Assembly (NCBI GenBank): GCA_964415355.1
Contig: CAYPYS010000001.1
Coordinates: forward strand, 215,399-279,398
DNA from: an uncultured Planctomycetia bacterium
Lineage (GTDB): Bacteria > Omnitrophota > Gorgyraeia > Gorgyraeales > Gorgyraeaceae
Length of the DNA stretch: 64,000 nucleotides
Reading direction: 5' to 3'
How positions within the stretch are numbered: position 1 is the first letter of the stretch
Below: more model-generated notes on this DNA
Seen by the model: the letters and a program-made list of their open reading frames with translations, nothing else
Database searches by the model: none
Told to the model about the DNA's origin: nothing
The DNA itself: not shown here

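Noticed and set aside
63160-63205. Zinc metalloprotease motif (VHELNNQSH)
   Set aside because: Spacing is not HExxH, so the evidence is too weak.
544-63398. Plus-strand and short alternate-frame ORFs in the track
   Set aside because: They are antisense or frame shadows of well-supported minus-strand genes and show no recognisable motifs.
63915-63917. GTG start of the giant ORF
   Set aside because: The frame stays open to the window edge and the codon lies within a GNAT domain.

Overview
Bacterial chromosomal window in which every real gene lies on the minus strand; gene content and a giant ORF suggest Omnitrophota (inference). Bases 1-28.1 kb hold purH (partial), a divergent ychF, T2SS/T4P pseudopilins and GspF/PilC, a TolC-MFP-two-RND efflux operon with unusual fusions, and a ROK-associated glycan locus (beta-barrel, two clan GH-A hydrolases, CBM lipoprotein, sugar ABC transporter) followed by a PilZ gene. 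Bases 28.3-64 kb are one uninterrupted ORF (>11,800 aa, open at the window edge). It is a mosaic of membrane segments, 14 LuxR HTHs, sigma-70-like pieces, LspA, ICMT, 5-formyl-THF cyclo-ligase, ketopantoate reductase-like, PIG-L, ISN1-like, alpha/beta-hydrolase and UPF0489-like modules. The strongest non-coding signal is a 37-bp TA-flanked palindrome present 16 times. It sits at most gene junctions, supplies the stop codon of 8 genes, reconstructs to YTAR empty sites, and has been absorbed in frame into the giant gene through a private stop-removing substitution. Several other REP/MITE-like palindrome families nest with it and have also been recruited into the giant protein's module junctions.
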